64,000 bases of DNA from Patescibacteria group bacterium (GTDB lineage Bacteria; Patescibacteriota; Patescibacteriia; CAIXNZ01). This document shows, piece by piece, positions 28,210 to 37,820 of the stretch; position 1 is the first letter of the stretch; every line of letters begins with the position of its first letter. A model generated the notes under the pieces. It saw only the letters and a program-made list of their open reading frames with translations. It did no database searches and was not told where the DNA came from. A program made the translations under genes and the position numbers. The DNA lies in NCBI GenBank assembly GCA_028714455.1, contig JAQTMG010000002.1, forward strand, positions 102,047 to 166,046, read 5' to 3'.

Positions 28210-29127
28210 ATGTATATATATTGTCCCCCCAAACCAATTGAATTAGAACTCACCGACGAGTGGGGTTTTAGAATTAGACAAAAAGCAGCCGAGTACATCG
28301 CCGCTAATCAAAACCGAACTGGCGCGGAACGAGGAAGCTCCGAAGAACAGGGATTTGGCGCACTTGCTGAAATGGTTATCCGCAATAAGTTGGGTATGCC
28401 AGAAATTAATCCGGAAAGCCATCCCCTTGGTTATGACCTTTTACTTCCTTCTGGCGTTAAAGTTGACGTAAAGTGTCGTGGCGGCTCACTCCCATTTAAA
28501 GAAGAATATGAAAGTGACGATGGAATTAAGAGGGAAGCAAAACACAATTTTTTTGCCCGCCAAATTCATGATGAAAATTTAGATACGGATATTTATGTAA
28601 TGACCCATCTTGAAACGCCAAAGAATAGAGTACTGCCCGGCACTACGCGACAAAAAAAATGGATACTATATATTTGTGGCTGGGTATCAAAAGAACGCGT
28701 ATATAAAGAGGGGGTTTATTTGCCGCGTGGTTCGCTGACAGAGCAAGGGAGAACCTGGTTCACTTATCGTGGCCAAGAGATTGAATTTTATAATCGTAAT
28801 CTTAATGGTCTCAATAACATTAATGACCTTATGAGTATTGAGTTAGCAGATGTGGAAAAGGACAAAGTCCGTGGAGGAGACTTAAATTTAACATCCGTCG
28901 ATGCTGTAAGAATCACCCATGACCTTATAGGGCGTGGCGTTTTGACAAAAGAACATCTGGCCTTTATCCAAAGGGATACTGGTCTGGAAAAAAACACAAA
29001 GCCCATCTTACATGCTAATCAATATTTCCATTTATTGAAATATCTTAAGAAAAAAGGTGCTGTCACGGACACGGAAATTGAAAAGGCGCGCCAGATCCTT
29101 CAAGAAGAACCATACGCGGGAATCTGA
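28210..29127 (+). CDS. putative Type II restriction endonuclease (PD-(D/E)xK fold)
   Basis: GYDLLL...VKVDVKCRG matches the PD...(D/E)xK pattern. It converges on and overlaps an adjacent DNA methyltransferase gene. Confidence 0.5.
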   Translation: MYIYCPPKPIELELTDEWGFRIRQKAAEYIAANQNRTGAERGSSEEQGFGALAEMVIRNKLGMPEINPESHPLGYDLLLPSGVKVDVKCRGGSLPFKEEYESDDGIKREAKHNFFARQIHDENLDTDIYVMTHLETPKNRVLPGTTRQKKWILYICGWVSKERVYKEGVYLPRGSLTEQGRTWFTYRGQEIEFYNRNLNGLNNINDLMSIELADVEKDKVRGGDLNLTSVDAVRITHDLIGRGVLTKEHLAFIQRDTGLEKNTKPILHANQYFHLLKYLKKKGAVTDTEIEKARQILQEEPYAGI

Positions 29128-30221
29128 AATAGCTTCAGTTTATTATTTTCTATTTTTTTATATAGCGTCTCGGCTTCTTTGATGCGCTGTTTAGAGACTG
29201 CCACGTAATCCGTTCGATATTTTTTAAACAAATAGACCTCTTGATTTTTTTCAATCCCAATATATTTTCTATTTTCCAAAACCGCTGCCACAAGAAAACT
29301 GCCACTTCCGCAAGTGTTATCTAGAACTATATCACCTTCTTTAGTGAATGTACGAATAAGATATCGACCAAGCTCTACCGGTTTTTGTGTAGGATGATAG
29401 ACTCTTCCCTCGCTCTCGGCGGTCTTGAAATAAACCACGTCAGTTGGATATCTTTCGCCATTACTTTTTACCTCAACTGCTTTAAAATCACCATAAGACC
29501 CAGTTAGCTGATCTTTTCTAAATCCTTTATTGTATGGCTCCCCAGGAGTCATTTGTGGATTATATATAGGCTGATTTTTATAAAAAATACATACATCTTC
29601 ATGTCTGCGAAGTGGCTGTCTTCTTGAGTTTAAAAAATTCGTTGGCTTTGACTTAACCCAGGCTATCTTGTATTTAAACAGTTTGGGTCTGGATAACATT
29701 AAATTTGCGGTAAATAATCCCTGGCTCGTCAAAGCAATAACGCCATTGTCTCGAATAACTCGTTCATAATGTTTCCACAATTGATCAAGAGGAATGACGC
29801 TATCCCAGTGATTTTGTGTTGTACCATACGGCAGATCGCACAAAATCATATCTATTGATTTGGGCGGAATATCATTCATTACTTTCAGGCAATCACCTTC
29901 AATCACGCGATTTTCGAAATATGATATTTCCTTTTCGGTTCTATTAACTTTAATTTCAGGCTCCTCAAAATTAAAATTTTTTCTTAAATACCAGTGACAA
30001 TAAGTATTTATCGGCAATCCTTCCTGTCGTGCACGACATTTAAGCTCGAGATAAGAATTCGTTCCAAGCAAATTACGCAGTTCGCTACTTCCAAGGTCGG
30101 CGATATTTTTATATAAATCTTTATTCCTTTTACCAAAAGCTAAAATAAGTCCTTTCGCTTTTGAGCTGATCTCTTTGCGATCGGAAAAATAGACAGCTTT
30201 GAAAATTTGGTTATCTCCCAT
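29100..30221 (-). CDS. DNA methyltransferase, beta class (N4-cytosine or N6-adenine)
   Basis: Motif IV DLPYG precedes motif I VLDNTCGSGSF, the order found in the beta group. Confidence 0.75.
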   Translation of the reverse strand: MGDNQIFKAVYFSDRKEISSKAKGLILAFGKRNKDLYKNIADLGSSELRNLLGTNSYLELKCRARQEGLPINTYCHWYLRKNFNFEEPEIKVNRTEKEISYFENRVIEGDCLKVMNDIPPKSIDMILCDLPYGTTQNHWDSVIPLDQLWKHYERVIRDNGVIALTSQGLFTANLMLSRPKLFKYKIAWVKSKPTNFLNSRRQPLRRHEDVCIFYKNQPIYNPQMTPGEPYNKGFRKDQLTGSYGDFKAVEVKSNGERYPTDVVYFKTAESEGRVYHPTQKPVELGRYLIRTFTKEGDIVLDNTCGSGSFLVAAVLENRKYIGIEKNQEVYLFKKYRTDYVAVSKQRIKEAETLYKKIENNKLKLFQIPAYGSS

Positions 30222-30359
30222 GCATATATTATAGTATGATACCTAAGTAAAATCTATAGTAAAATTTATAGATTTTATCCACAACTAGCCTTGACAACAA
30301 TGTTATATTATTCTAACATTAAGATAGTTAGAAATAATTAACATAATTAAACAAAACGT

Positions 30360-30746
30360 ATGACTAAAAAAACATTTTTAATTTACAAAATCATCGCGGT
30401 TATTGTCGTAGGTATCGCTTTTGGCGCCTCTGTCAATTTCGGCAACTGGTATCTGCCCCTGGCCATTCTTATCGCGGCCTGGGTTTTTCTGTATATTTTG
30501 AGGACCAGAGTTAAAGAAGTAATAGCAGACGAGCGCGACTATAACCTAGCCGGCAAGGCCTCGGCCTTGTCATTGAGAATTTTTGCCTCATTGGCAGTTA
30601 TCGCCGGCTTTATTCTTTATGTCGCCGAAAAGCAGAACGAAACTATGTTTGCGATCGGCAGTGTTCTTATGTATTCAGCCGGTTTTCTAATGCTGCTTTA
30701 CGCTATTATTTTTAAAATTTACGAAAAAAAAGATGAACGCAATTAA
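30360..30746 (+). CDS. DUF2178-like membrane protein
   Basis: Four transmembrane helices. Overlaps the downstream XRE regulator gene, a known gene pair. Confidence 0.5.
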   Translation: MTKKTFLIYKIIAVIVVGIAFGASVNFGNWYLPLAILIAAWVFLYILRTRVKEVIADERDYNLAGKASALSLRIFASLAVIAGFILYVAEKQNETMFAIGSVLMYSAGFLMLLYAIIFKIYEKKDERN

Positions 30747-30933
30747 AGTAAGGGTAAAAGAATTTCGGCTTAAAAAAGGCCTGACCCAAGAAGAATTAGC
30801 CAGACGAGTTGGTGTGCGTAGAGAAACTATTGTTTTTCTTGAACAAGGGAAATATAATCCGTCTCTAAAACTGGCACTTAACATAGCCAAAGAATTAAAA
30901 ATACCAGTTGATGAATTATTTTCTTTAGCATAA
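30733..30933 (+). CDS. XRE-family HTH transcriptional regulator (YozG-like)
   Basis: [30 protein letters not shown]. Confidence 0.75.
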   Translation: MNAIKVRVKEFRLKKGLTQEELARRVGVRRETIVFLEQGKYNPSLKLALNIAKELKIPVDELFSLA

Positions 30934-30982
30934 ATAACGTAATTCAAAAAAGACCCAAGGAGGGCCTTTTTTGAGTATTTGA

Positions 30983-31597
30983 CTATTTATTTCTATTTTT
31001 CAGATGTCTCCAAATATATAGAACGATGAGTAAGAGCAGAAGCAACAGCATGAGTAAATCAAAGTTATGTAATTTTTGCTGGATTAGTTCCCAATTATTG
31101 CCCAATTTCACGCCCAGCCAGGTGAATAAGATGGTCCAGGGGATCACACCAAGAAAAGTAAATAAGGAGAATTTTTTAAAGTTCATTTCAGCTATGCCAG
31201 CCGGAAAGGAAATATAAGTTCTGATGACAGGCAAAAGCCGGCCAAAAAATACTGCCCAGTCACCATATTTATTAAACCATCTATCCGCCAAATTTAAATC
31301 ATGATGAGAAATTAAAATATATTTGCCATATTTTTCTATCAAAGTTCTGCCTCCATATCTGCCAATCAGATAGGCCAGACATGAGCCGACTAGATTGCCC
31401 AAGACACCGAAAATTACCACCAGCCAGAATAACAATCTGCCGTTGACAATTAAAAAACCAGAGAATGACATGATAATTTCCGAGGGGATAGGCAAACCGC
31501 AACTTTCCAAAAGCATCAGTATAAAAACTCCGGCATAACCGGTCTTGTCGATTATGGCAATAATGATTTGTATAAAAAAGTTTATCAGGGCTGTCAT
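30983..31597 (-). CDS. DedA/TVP38-family membrane protein
   Basis: DedA core GRLLPVIRTYISFPAGIAEM. Confidence 0.7.
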   Translation of the reverse strand: MTALINFFIQIIIAIIDKTGYAGVFILMLLESCGLPIPSEIIMSFSGFLIVNGRLLFWLVVIFGVLGNLVGSCLAYLIGRYGGRTLIEKYGKYILISHHDLNLADRWFNKYGDWAVFFGRLLPVIRTYISFPAGIAEMNFKKFSLFTFLGVIPWTILFTWLGVKLGNNWELIQQKLHNFDLLMLLLLLLLIVLYIWRHLKNRNK

Positions 31598-31699
31598 ATG
31601 CTTTTCATTATATTATTTTGAGCGCGTTTGGACAAGGCGGCGCTCTTTTATTTTTCTTCAAAAAGAGCTAAGATTGAATTAAGAAATTAACAAAAAATC

Positions 31700-32290
31700 A
31701 TGAAAAAAATCATTATCGGTTTTGTCAGCGCGTTGGTCATTATTGGTCTTGGTACCATTATTTATTATTTTGTGATGCCGCGCGAGCTTGGCTCGCTGCA
31801 GAATATTGATTTAAAATCGTCTGGTCCCACTGCTTCAAATCAGCCAATCAATAAAACCCAAGAATCAAACGACTATAAAATTTTAAAAACGACTGACTTT
31901 GAAGTCAAATATCCCAATTGGCAAAACATTGACGTTTCAACCATCCCTGACGCGAAATATGTGAAAGTGGCCGTCTCTAACCAAAGATGTGTTTTAATAA
32001 TCAAAGGTACTCCTTTACCCGCCAACACTAGCTACAAAGATTATATCGAGGGGATTATTAAGCAATCGGGCGCAGCTTTAAAAATAAATTCGCAACAAAT
32101 AAATAGCGCTTCGGCTTATCTGGATGGAGATGTCACTTCTGGACAAACCATTTTAAGAAACATTTCTTATAGCTATTTAGCCAAGAGCAACGTTGTCTAT
32201 GGCCTGGCCTTTGTTTCGGAAAAAAGCGTGTTTGAAAATTATTGCCGTGAGACGATTGAGAACGTAATTAATAGCGTGATTGTAAAATAA
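31700..32290 (+). CDS. secreted or membrane-anchored hypothetical protein
   Basis: N-terminal signal or transmembrane segment. Confidence 0.5.
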   Translation: MKKIIIGFVSALVIIGLGTIIYYFVMPRELGSLQNIDLKSSGPTASNQPINKTQESNDYKILKTTDFEVKYPNWQNIDVSTIPDAKYVKVAVSNQRCVLIIKGTPLPANTSYKDYIEGIIKQSGAALKINSQQINSASAYLDGDVTSGQTILRNISYSYLAKSNVVYGLAFVSEKSVFENYCRETIENVINSVIVK

Positions 32291-32291
32291 T

Positions 32292-33062
32292 ATGAAAGAA
32301 TCCATTCTAAATATAACCAAACCAAAAGAGTCAATTCCATCTTTTGAAAAATTTTCCGGCCTCTGGGAAAAAGGTTTTGAGGACATTAAAATATTTAACG
32401 GCAAAAGCGGCCGGATTGTCATGGGCACTGACAAGGGGTTGCGTGAACAGAATGAAGATATTATTGCCGTTGATTTTGGAAACGACGCCTTTGCCGTGAT
32501 TGATGGCATGGGCGGCTATGCGCATGGCCAAGAGGCGGCCCAAATAGTTGGCCTGCAATTTTTAAAAGCAGTCAAAGAAAAATTGAGCCCGCGCGAGATG
32601 CATAAAAATGCCCACATCGTGATGCAATGTACCGGTTTCAAAGAAAGCGGCGCCGTTTATCTGGCTGGCCAAATTGAAAAGAAAAAATTAAAAATCTGGT
32701 CTGCCGGCGATGCGCATTTAGTTGTTGTGGACAGTAAGGGTGAGATTAAATTCTCATCGAAATATACAACCTTGCAAGACGCGCCAAGCGGTCATGGACT
32801 TGGTGAAGCCAAAACCGATTTTACTTTACTAGAAAATTATGACAGAATTTTTGTTGGAAGTGATGGCTTGTTTAATAATATTAAAGATGAAGAGCTTAAA
32901 AATCTGAAAGGCGTGCCAATAGAAAAAGCCATGCAAGAATTGGTTAAATCCGCTAAAAATGCCATGAAAAACGGTCTTGATGAAAATACCGGCGGCAGTC
33001 CTGACAATCTTACGATTTTAATTTATGAAATTTTGCCCACGCCGTTACGTGGAAAAAATTAA
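32292..33062 (+). CDS. PP2C-family Ser/Thr phosphatase
   Basis: AVIDGMGGYAHG...SDGLF metal-binding motifs. Confidence 0.65.
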   Translation: MKESILNITKPKESIPSFEKFSGLWEKGFEDIKIFNGKSGRIVMGTDKGLREQNEDIIAVDFGNDAFAVIDGMGGYAHGQEAAQIVGLQFLKAVKEKLSPREMHKNAHIVMQCTGFKESGAVYLAGQIEKKKLKIWSAGDAHLVVVDSKGEIKFSSKYTTLQDAPSGHGLGEAKTDFTLLENYDRIFVGSDGLFNNIKDEELKNLKGVPIEKAMQELVKSAKNAMKNGLDENTGGSPDNLTILIYEILPTPLRGKN

Positions 33063-33127
33063 TATATTATTTTTCATTAAAATCAAGCAAATTCTAATCA
33101 AATGAAAAAAGCCGCCTGATTCTCAAA

Positions 33128-33160
33128 AGACCCCGAGATAGCATTAAGGGGTCTTTTTTA
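33128..33160 (+). terminator. terminator hairpin, 5' copy of a near-duplicate pair
   Basis: AGACCCCGAGATAGCATTAAGGGGTCT followed by T6. It closely matches the hairpin at 34613-34647. Confidence 0.55.
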
Positions 33161-33242
33161 TTATATATGACTTGATTTTTTTATTTTTATCTGTTAAGGT
33201 TATCCATCGGAACATTGAAAAAATAAAATTAAGGAGGAAAAA

Positions 33243-34604
33243 ATGGAAAAAGCGTTTACGATGGATCAAACGTGGCTACAATGCATGAATTGCGGACACA
33301 GAGCCGACTTGCTGGAGGAAAGAAAATTCAGGTGCCCAGAGTGCGGAGGACTCTATGATATTGAGCACAATTTTAAAAGATTGCCCGTTGATCTTGGGGA
33401 TGATTCGTCGGGAAGAAAATGGAGTTTTAAATCGTTGTCGTCCCGTTATTTTCGCGAGCTTTTTCAGGCCAGAGCTGGGGGCGCTTTCAATTCTTTTAAG
33501 CCGGAATGTGTTTCAGGCATCTGGCGCTACAAGGAATGGATTATGCCGTACTTGCCCGAAGGTCAGATTGTCACTTTGCACGAAGGCAACGTGCCAATCG
33601 TGCCAGCCGGTAAAAATCTTCAGGCCTGGGTCGGCGATGTTGAGCTTTATATCATAATGGAAGGCATGACTCCGACCGGTTCATTCAAGGATTTCGGCGG
33701 CACGGTCATGATGTCCATTGCCAAAGCCGCTGGCATCAAAGCCGTTTGTTGCGCCTCAACCGGCGACACTTCGGCCATGGCCGCGGCTTATGCGGCGGCG
33801 GCCGGCCTTGCCTGTGTGGTCATTTTGCCCCGCGGCAAAGTCACGCCAGTTCAATTGGCTCAACCGCTTGTTCACGGCGCCAGAGTCATCACTTTGCCCG
33901 GCAGCTTTGACGATTGCATGCGCGTCATGCAGGAACTCGTTAGAGAATACGGCATCTACCCGGCCAACAGTCTTAATCCTTCGAGGATCGAGGGCCATCA
34001 GGCCACGGTTTTTCAAATCGCCCAGCGCTTTAACTGGAATTTACCCGATTGGATTTCGGTGCCAGTGGGCAACGGCAGTAATTGTTCATCGGTTGGCAAA
34101 GCTCTGCGTCTTATGAAAAAATTCGGCTTTCAAGCGCCGACCAAAATTTTGGGCTGCCAATCAACGGCCGCCGATCCGCTTTCTTTTCCCTGGTTCGGCG
34201 GAATCACCCTGGAAAAGTGGAAAGCAGATTACTCGCCGATTAAAGTAGGCGAAACTTCTGCCACGGCCGCCAGAATCGGCGACCCTGTCTCTCGCGACAA
34301 AGTCATGAGAGAAATTCTGGCCTCGCATGGCGCCATGCAAACCGCGGCTGAAAGAGAATTGAACGAAGCCGTGGCCATTTGTGGTAAAGACGGCCATAAT
34401 GTCTGCCCGCAAACTGGCATGGCTCTGGCTGGCGTAAGAAATGCCTTGAAGTGCGGCCAAATTAAGGCGGGGGAGCGAGTTATTGTCGTTTCCACCGCAA
34501 CCGGCCTGAAGTTTGGCGAATCTGCCGCCGCCAACCTCAAATCAAACATTATTAATGCCACCGATTGTAAAATAAGCACGGTGGCCAAAATTATGGAACT
34601 GTAA
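33243..34604 (+). CDS. thrC: threonine synthase-family PLP enzyme with an N-terminal zinc ribbon, GC-rich and SD-led
   Basis: TPTGSFKDFGG matches PTLAFKDFGG. STGDTSAMAAA present. Zinc ribbon C-x2-C...C-x2-C. SD AAGGAGGAAAAAATG. Confidence 0.65.
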   Translation: MEKAFTMDQTWLQCMNCGHRADLLEERKFRCPECGGLYDIEHNFKRLPVDLGDDSSGRKWSFKSLSSRYFRELFQARAGGAFNSFKPECVSGIWRYKEWIMPYLPEGQIVTLHEGNVPIVPAGKNLQAWVGDVELYIIMEGMTPTGSFKDFGGTVMMSIAKAAGIKAVCCASTGDTSAMAAAYAAAAGLACVVILPRGKVTPVQLAQPLVHGARVITLPGSFDDCMRVMQELVREYGIYPANSLNPSRIEGHQATVFQIAQRFNWNLPDWISVPVGNGSNCSSVGKALRLMKKFGFQAPTKILGCQSTAADPLSFPWFGGITLEKWKADYSPIKVGETSATAARIGDPVSRDKVMREILASHGAMQTAAERELNEAVAICGKDGHNVCPQTGMALAGVRNALKCGQIKAGERVIVVSTATGLKFGESAAANLKSNIINATDCKISTVAKIMEL

Positions 34605-34612
34605 ATAACCCA

Positions 34613-34647
34613 AGACCCCGAGATTACATCAAGGGGTCTTTTTTTAT
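34613..34647 (+). terminator. terminator hairpin, 3' copy of a near-duplicate pair
   Basis: AGACCCCGAGATTACATCAAGGGGTCT followed by T7. Confidence 0.6.
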
Positions 34648-34658
34648 TGGTTTTTGAT

Positions 34659-34752
34659 GGAGAGTGGGTTAAGTAATCAGTTAAACGTGATTAGTGACCA
34701 ATATCCAATTACTCTCCACTAAATCCTCCACTCTCTACTCTCAACTCTAAAC
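34659..34752. repeat. MITE-like intergenic repeat, copy 4
   Basis: GTGATTAGTGACCAATATCCAATTACTCTCCACT is near-identical to copy 1. Confidence 0.6.
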
Positions 34753-34806
34753 AAGTACATGGTGGTCTTTTTCTTTTTTAAAAAATTGTGCTAAAATAAA
34801 TTCAAT

Positions 34807-35778
34807 ATGCAAATTATCAAAACAGAAAACTTGACCAAAAAATTCAATGGTTTTACGGCCGTTGATAATCTTAATCTTGAAGTTCAGGAAGGCGAAATTT
34901 TTGGTTTGCTGGGGCCTAATGGCGCTGGCAAAACCACTTCTATAATGATGCTGACTACTTTACTTAAACCAAGTTCGGGCACGGCCAAGGTTAATAATTT
35001 TGACATTGTCAACCAGCCAGACGCGGTCAGAAAATCAATTGGCGTGGTTTTTCAAGACCCTAGTTCAGACGACACCTTAACCGGTTATGAAAATTTAAAA
35101 CTTCACGGACTGCTTTATGGCATGCCGGCTGACTTGCGCGAACAAAGGATTAAAGAGGTTTTGAAACTCGTTGATTTGACTGACAGAAGAAATGATTTGG
35201 TGAAAAAATATTCAGGCGGCATGAGAAGACGATTAGAATTAGCCAGGGGATTAATGCACCACCCCAAAGTATTATTTTTAGATGAACCAACGCTTGGTCT
35301 TGACCCTCAATCACGCACAACAATTTGGGCTTATGTCCAGGAGTTGGCCAAAAAAGAAAAAATATCAATCATTTTAACAACTCATTACATGGATGAAGCA
35401 GATCAGCTCTGTAATCGATTGGCCATCATTGATCATGGCAAAATTTCAGCCCTTGATTCACCGTCAAATTTGAAAAAAGTAATTGGCGGCGATGTGGTCT
35501 TGGTAAAAGTTGAAAATCCCAATCTGGATGAAATAAAAAAACTGGACTTTGTTAAAAAAACTCAAGTTCATGATGGCTACGTGACATTAACAGTTGCCAA
35601 TGCCAGTGAGAATTTAGCCCGCATTCTACAAACAATCGGCAAGGTTGAATCAGTTGATGTCCATTTGCCAACTCTAAATGATGTTTTTCTTCATTACACG
35701 GGCAAAGAAATCAGAGAAGGTTCAGCCGAGGGTGGCTGGGGCGAGAGAGTAATGAGCTTTAGATCCAGAAAAAATTAG
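34807..35778 (+). CDS. ABC transporter ATP-binding protein
   Basis: Walker A GPNGAGKTT, signature LSGGMRRR, Walker B LFLDEP. Confidence 0.85.
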   Translation: MQIIKTENLTKKFNGFTAVDNLNLEVQEGEIFGLLGPNGAGKTTSIMMLTTLLKPSSGTAKVNNFDIVNQPDAVRKSIGVVFQDPSSDDTLTGYENLKLHGLLYGMPADLREQRIKEVLKLVDLTDRRNDLVKKYSGGMRRRLELARGLMHHPKVLFLDEPTLGLDPQSRTTIWAYVQELAKKEKISIILTTHYMDEADQLCNRLAIIDHGKISALDSPSNLKKVIGGDVVLVKVENPNLDEIKKLDFVKKTQVHDGYVTLTVANASENLARILQTIGKVESVDVHLPTLNDVFLHYTGKEIREGSAEGGWGERVMSFRSRKN

Positions 35779-35789
35779 TATTATTACTT

Positions 35790-36581
35790 ATGTATCAAAT
35801 GAGCCAAACAAAAAATGAAATAGTCGGCATCTATGCTGTCTGGTATCGAGAATTCAAGGTTTTTTTAAGAGAAAAATCCAGAATTGTTTCTTCGGTTATT
35901 AACCCAATTTTGTGGCTTTTTATATTCGGCGCCGGTTTGGGTTCCAGCATCAACATCTCGGGCTTAAATTATCAGGCCTTTATTTTTCCTGGCATCCTGG
36001 CCCAAGTCGTGCTTTTCTCTTCAGTTTTTTACGGTGTCTATATTGTCTGGGACAGAAAAATTGATTTTTTAAAAGAAGTTTTGGTCGCGCCGATTTCTCG
36101 CACCTCAATTTTTATTGGCAAGGTTTTGGGCGGCGCCACCGATGCCATGATTCAAATAATTATTTTATTAATCTTTGGCTGGATTTTTGGTCTGGTCGGA
36201 TTAATTCCGGGGCTGCACATCACTTTATTTACGGGTATTGGCGCTCTCTTTGTTTTATTTTTTACCACTGTATCCTTAACCAGCGTTGGCTTAATTCTAG
36301 GTTCACAAATGGAAAGCCCCGAGGGTTTTCAATTGATCTCCAGCTTTCTTTTGTTTCCGATATTTTTCTTGTCAGGCGCGCTTTTCCCACTCAATAATTT
36401 GCCGGTCTGGCTTGGCTCTCTTACAAAATTAGACCCCATGACTTACACGGTTGACGCGGCCAGACATATTATCTTAGGCACCTCTCAATATGGCTTAGGC
36501 CTTGATCTGATCGTAATTATCGCTTTCATGCTAGTCATGATCTGGCTTGGCACCTATGCTTTTGAAAAAATGAAATTATAA
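35790..36581 (+). CDS. ABC-2 type transporter permease
   Basis: Six transmembrane helices immediately downstream of the ATPase gene. Confidence 0.7.
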   Translation: MYQMSQTKNEIVGIYAVWYREFKVFLREKSRIVSSVINPILWLFIFGAGLGSSINISGLNYQAFIFPGILAQVVLFSSVFYGVYIVWDRKIDFLKEVLVAPISRTSIFIGKVLGGATDAMIQIIILLIFGWIFGLVGLIPGLHITLFTGIGALFVLFFTTVSLTSVGLILGSQMESPEGFQLISSFLLFPIFFLSGALFPLNNLPVWLGSLTKLDPMTYTVDAARHIILGTSQYGLGLDLIVIIAFMLVMIWLGTYAFEKMKL

Positions 36582-36625
36582 AGCATGCGGCAAATAGTAC
36601 CGATGTCTGGCTTTTTAAAACCGAG

Positions 36626-36650
36626 ACCGTCACGCCAGTGGCGGTTTTTT
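36626..36650 (+). terminator. terminator hairpin, 5' copy of a near-duplicate pair
   Basis: ACCGTCAC-GCCA-GTGGCGGT followed by T6. Matches 37747-37775. Confidence 0.5.
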
Positions 36651-36751
36651 CTTTATTTACTTTAGTCGAGCTTTATGCTACTTTTTTAAGAGGCACCTTA
36701 AAATAAGTCTGAAATTTACCAAATTAAACCAGGAGGCAAAGGAGGTAAGCC

Positions 36752-37732
36752 ATGGATAAAATCGTTTTTTCAAAACCGCTTTCAAGAACCGCGCTGGTTG
36801 ATGCAATTCGGAGGAGACAACCCGTGTCGCAAAGAGCGGCCAAGAAACTGGCGCTTCATCTGGCCAAAAAATTCGGCACGGAGATCAGAAGAGCAGTGGA
36901 AAAAGCGCTTAAAAAACAGGGTGCGTACTCAATCATGGCCATAAGCAAATTAAAACCCCGGATTTCCAATGAGGACGGCTGGAGAGTGAGCTGGCCTTCT
37001 TACCGATGGTATTGCCGGATCGCGGGCGGATTTTACGAAGTAACTACGTCCCTTGCCATTGTCGTTTGCCACGGACAGATGAGTTCGAAACTTTGGGTAA
37101 CCAATCAGCTGAACGCTCTTTGCGTCAGAAAAAGAAAAAGTTTCCGGGTTCAACAGTCGGGATTCGAAGTTATCGCGATAAAAACATTTCTAGAGCGAAT
37201 GAAACCGGTTACGCAAGAAATCTGCGGCTTAATTTGGCCGTATTACAAACGATCCGTCAGAGACGTTCTGCGCCAGAATACCGTTCATTATTGTTGGTTT
37301 GTTTGCGAGGGCGCCGAGACAGACCAATTACTGATAACGCCGCTATTATCTCGAAAAGAATTTCTAGAAACGATTAAACATTGCGACGGCTACAAATTCT
37401 TCATCGAGAACTTCTATCTGCCGTTGTCAAAAGCTCAATCTAATAGATCGCTTGTTGGCGAGGGGATAAAAGAATTAGAGAAAAGGGGTTATCCTTGTAT
37501 CTGGATTTTGCACAGTGATAGTTCTTTTTTCTTCCCCGAGTCGGTTATAAAGGACGCTTATAGTTCAGTCGACAACAAAAAAATGCGTCCCGCCTACCGC
37601 TTGATTGGTTTGGCCTCTAATCTTTACCCCCATCTTGAAGGACCAGCCTATCAGCCGTTTTGGGAAATTTCCTATTACGCGGTAAATCATTTTGCTGATG
37701 CCTTTAAAAATCCGCGACCCAAAAGAAGGTGA
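36752..37732 (+). CDS. hypothetical protein, GC-rich and SD-led
   Basis: SD AGGAGGCAAAGGAGGT. Basic N-terminus. No recognised motifs. Confidence 0.5.
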   Translation: MDKIVFSKPLSRTALVDAIRRRQPVSQRAAKKLALHLAKKFGTEIRRAVEKALKKQGAYSIMAISKLKPRISNEDGWRVSWPSYRWYCRIAGGFYEVTTSLAIVVCHGQMSSKLWVTNQLNALCVRKRKSFRVQQSGFEVIAIKTFLERMKPVTQEICGLIWPYYKRSVRDVLRQNTVHYCWFVCEGAETDQLLITPLLSRKEFLETIKHCDGYKFFIENFYLPLSKAQSNRSLVGEGIKELEKRGYPCIWILHSDSSFFFPESVIKDAYSSVDNKKMRPAYRLIGLASNLYPHLEGPAYQPFWEISYYAVNHFADAFKNPRPKRR

Positions 37733-37746
37733 GCTTTTAGCAACGA

Positions 37747-37775
37747 GGCCGTCACGCCAGTGACGGCCTTTTTTA
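37747..37775 (+). terminator. terminator hairpin, 3' copy
   Basis: GGCCGTCAC-GCCA-GTGACGGCC followed by T6. Confidence 0.6.
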
Positions 37776-37820
37776 TTAATACAAAAACCACCCCGCGACG
37801 CGGAGTGGTTTTTGGTTTAC

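Noticed and set aside
33355-34588. Several 86-132-aa alternative-frame ORFs inside the thrC-like gene
   Set aside because: Artefacts of high GC content. The main frame carries unmistakable PLP-enzyme motifs.
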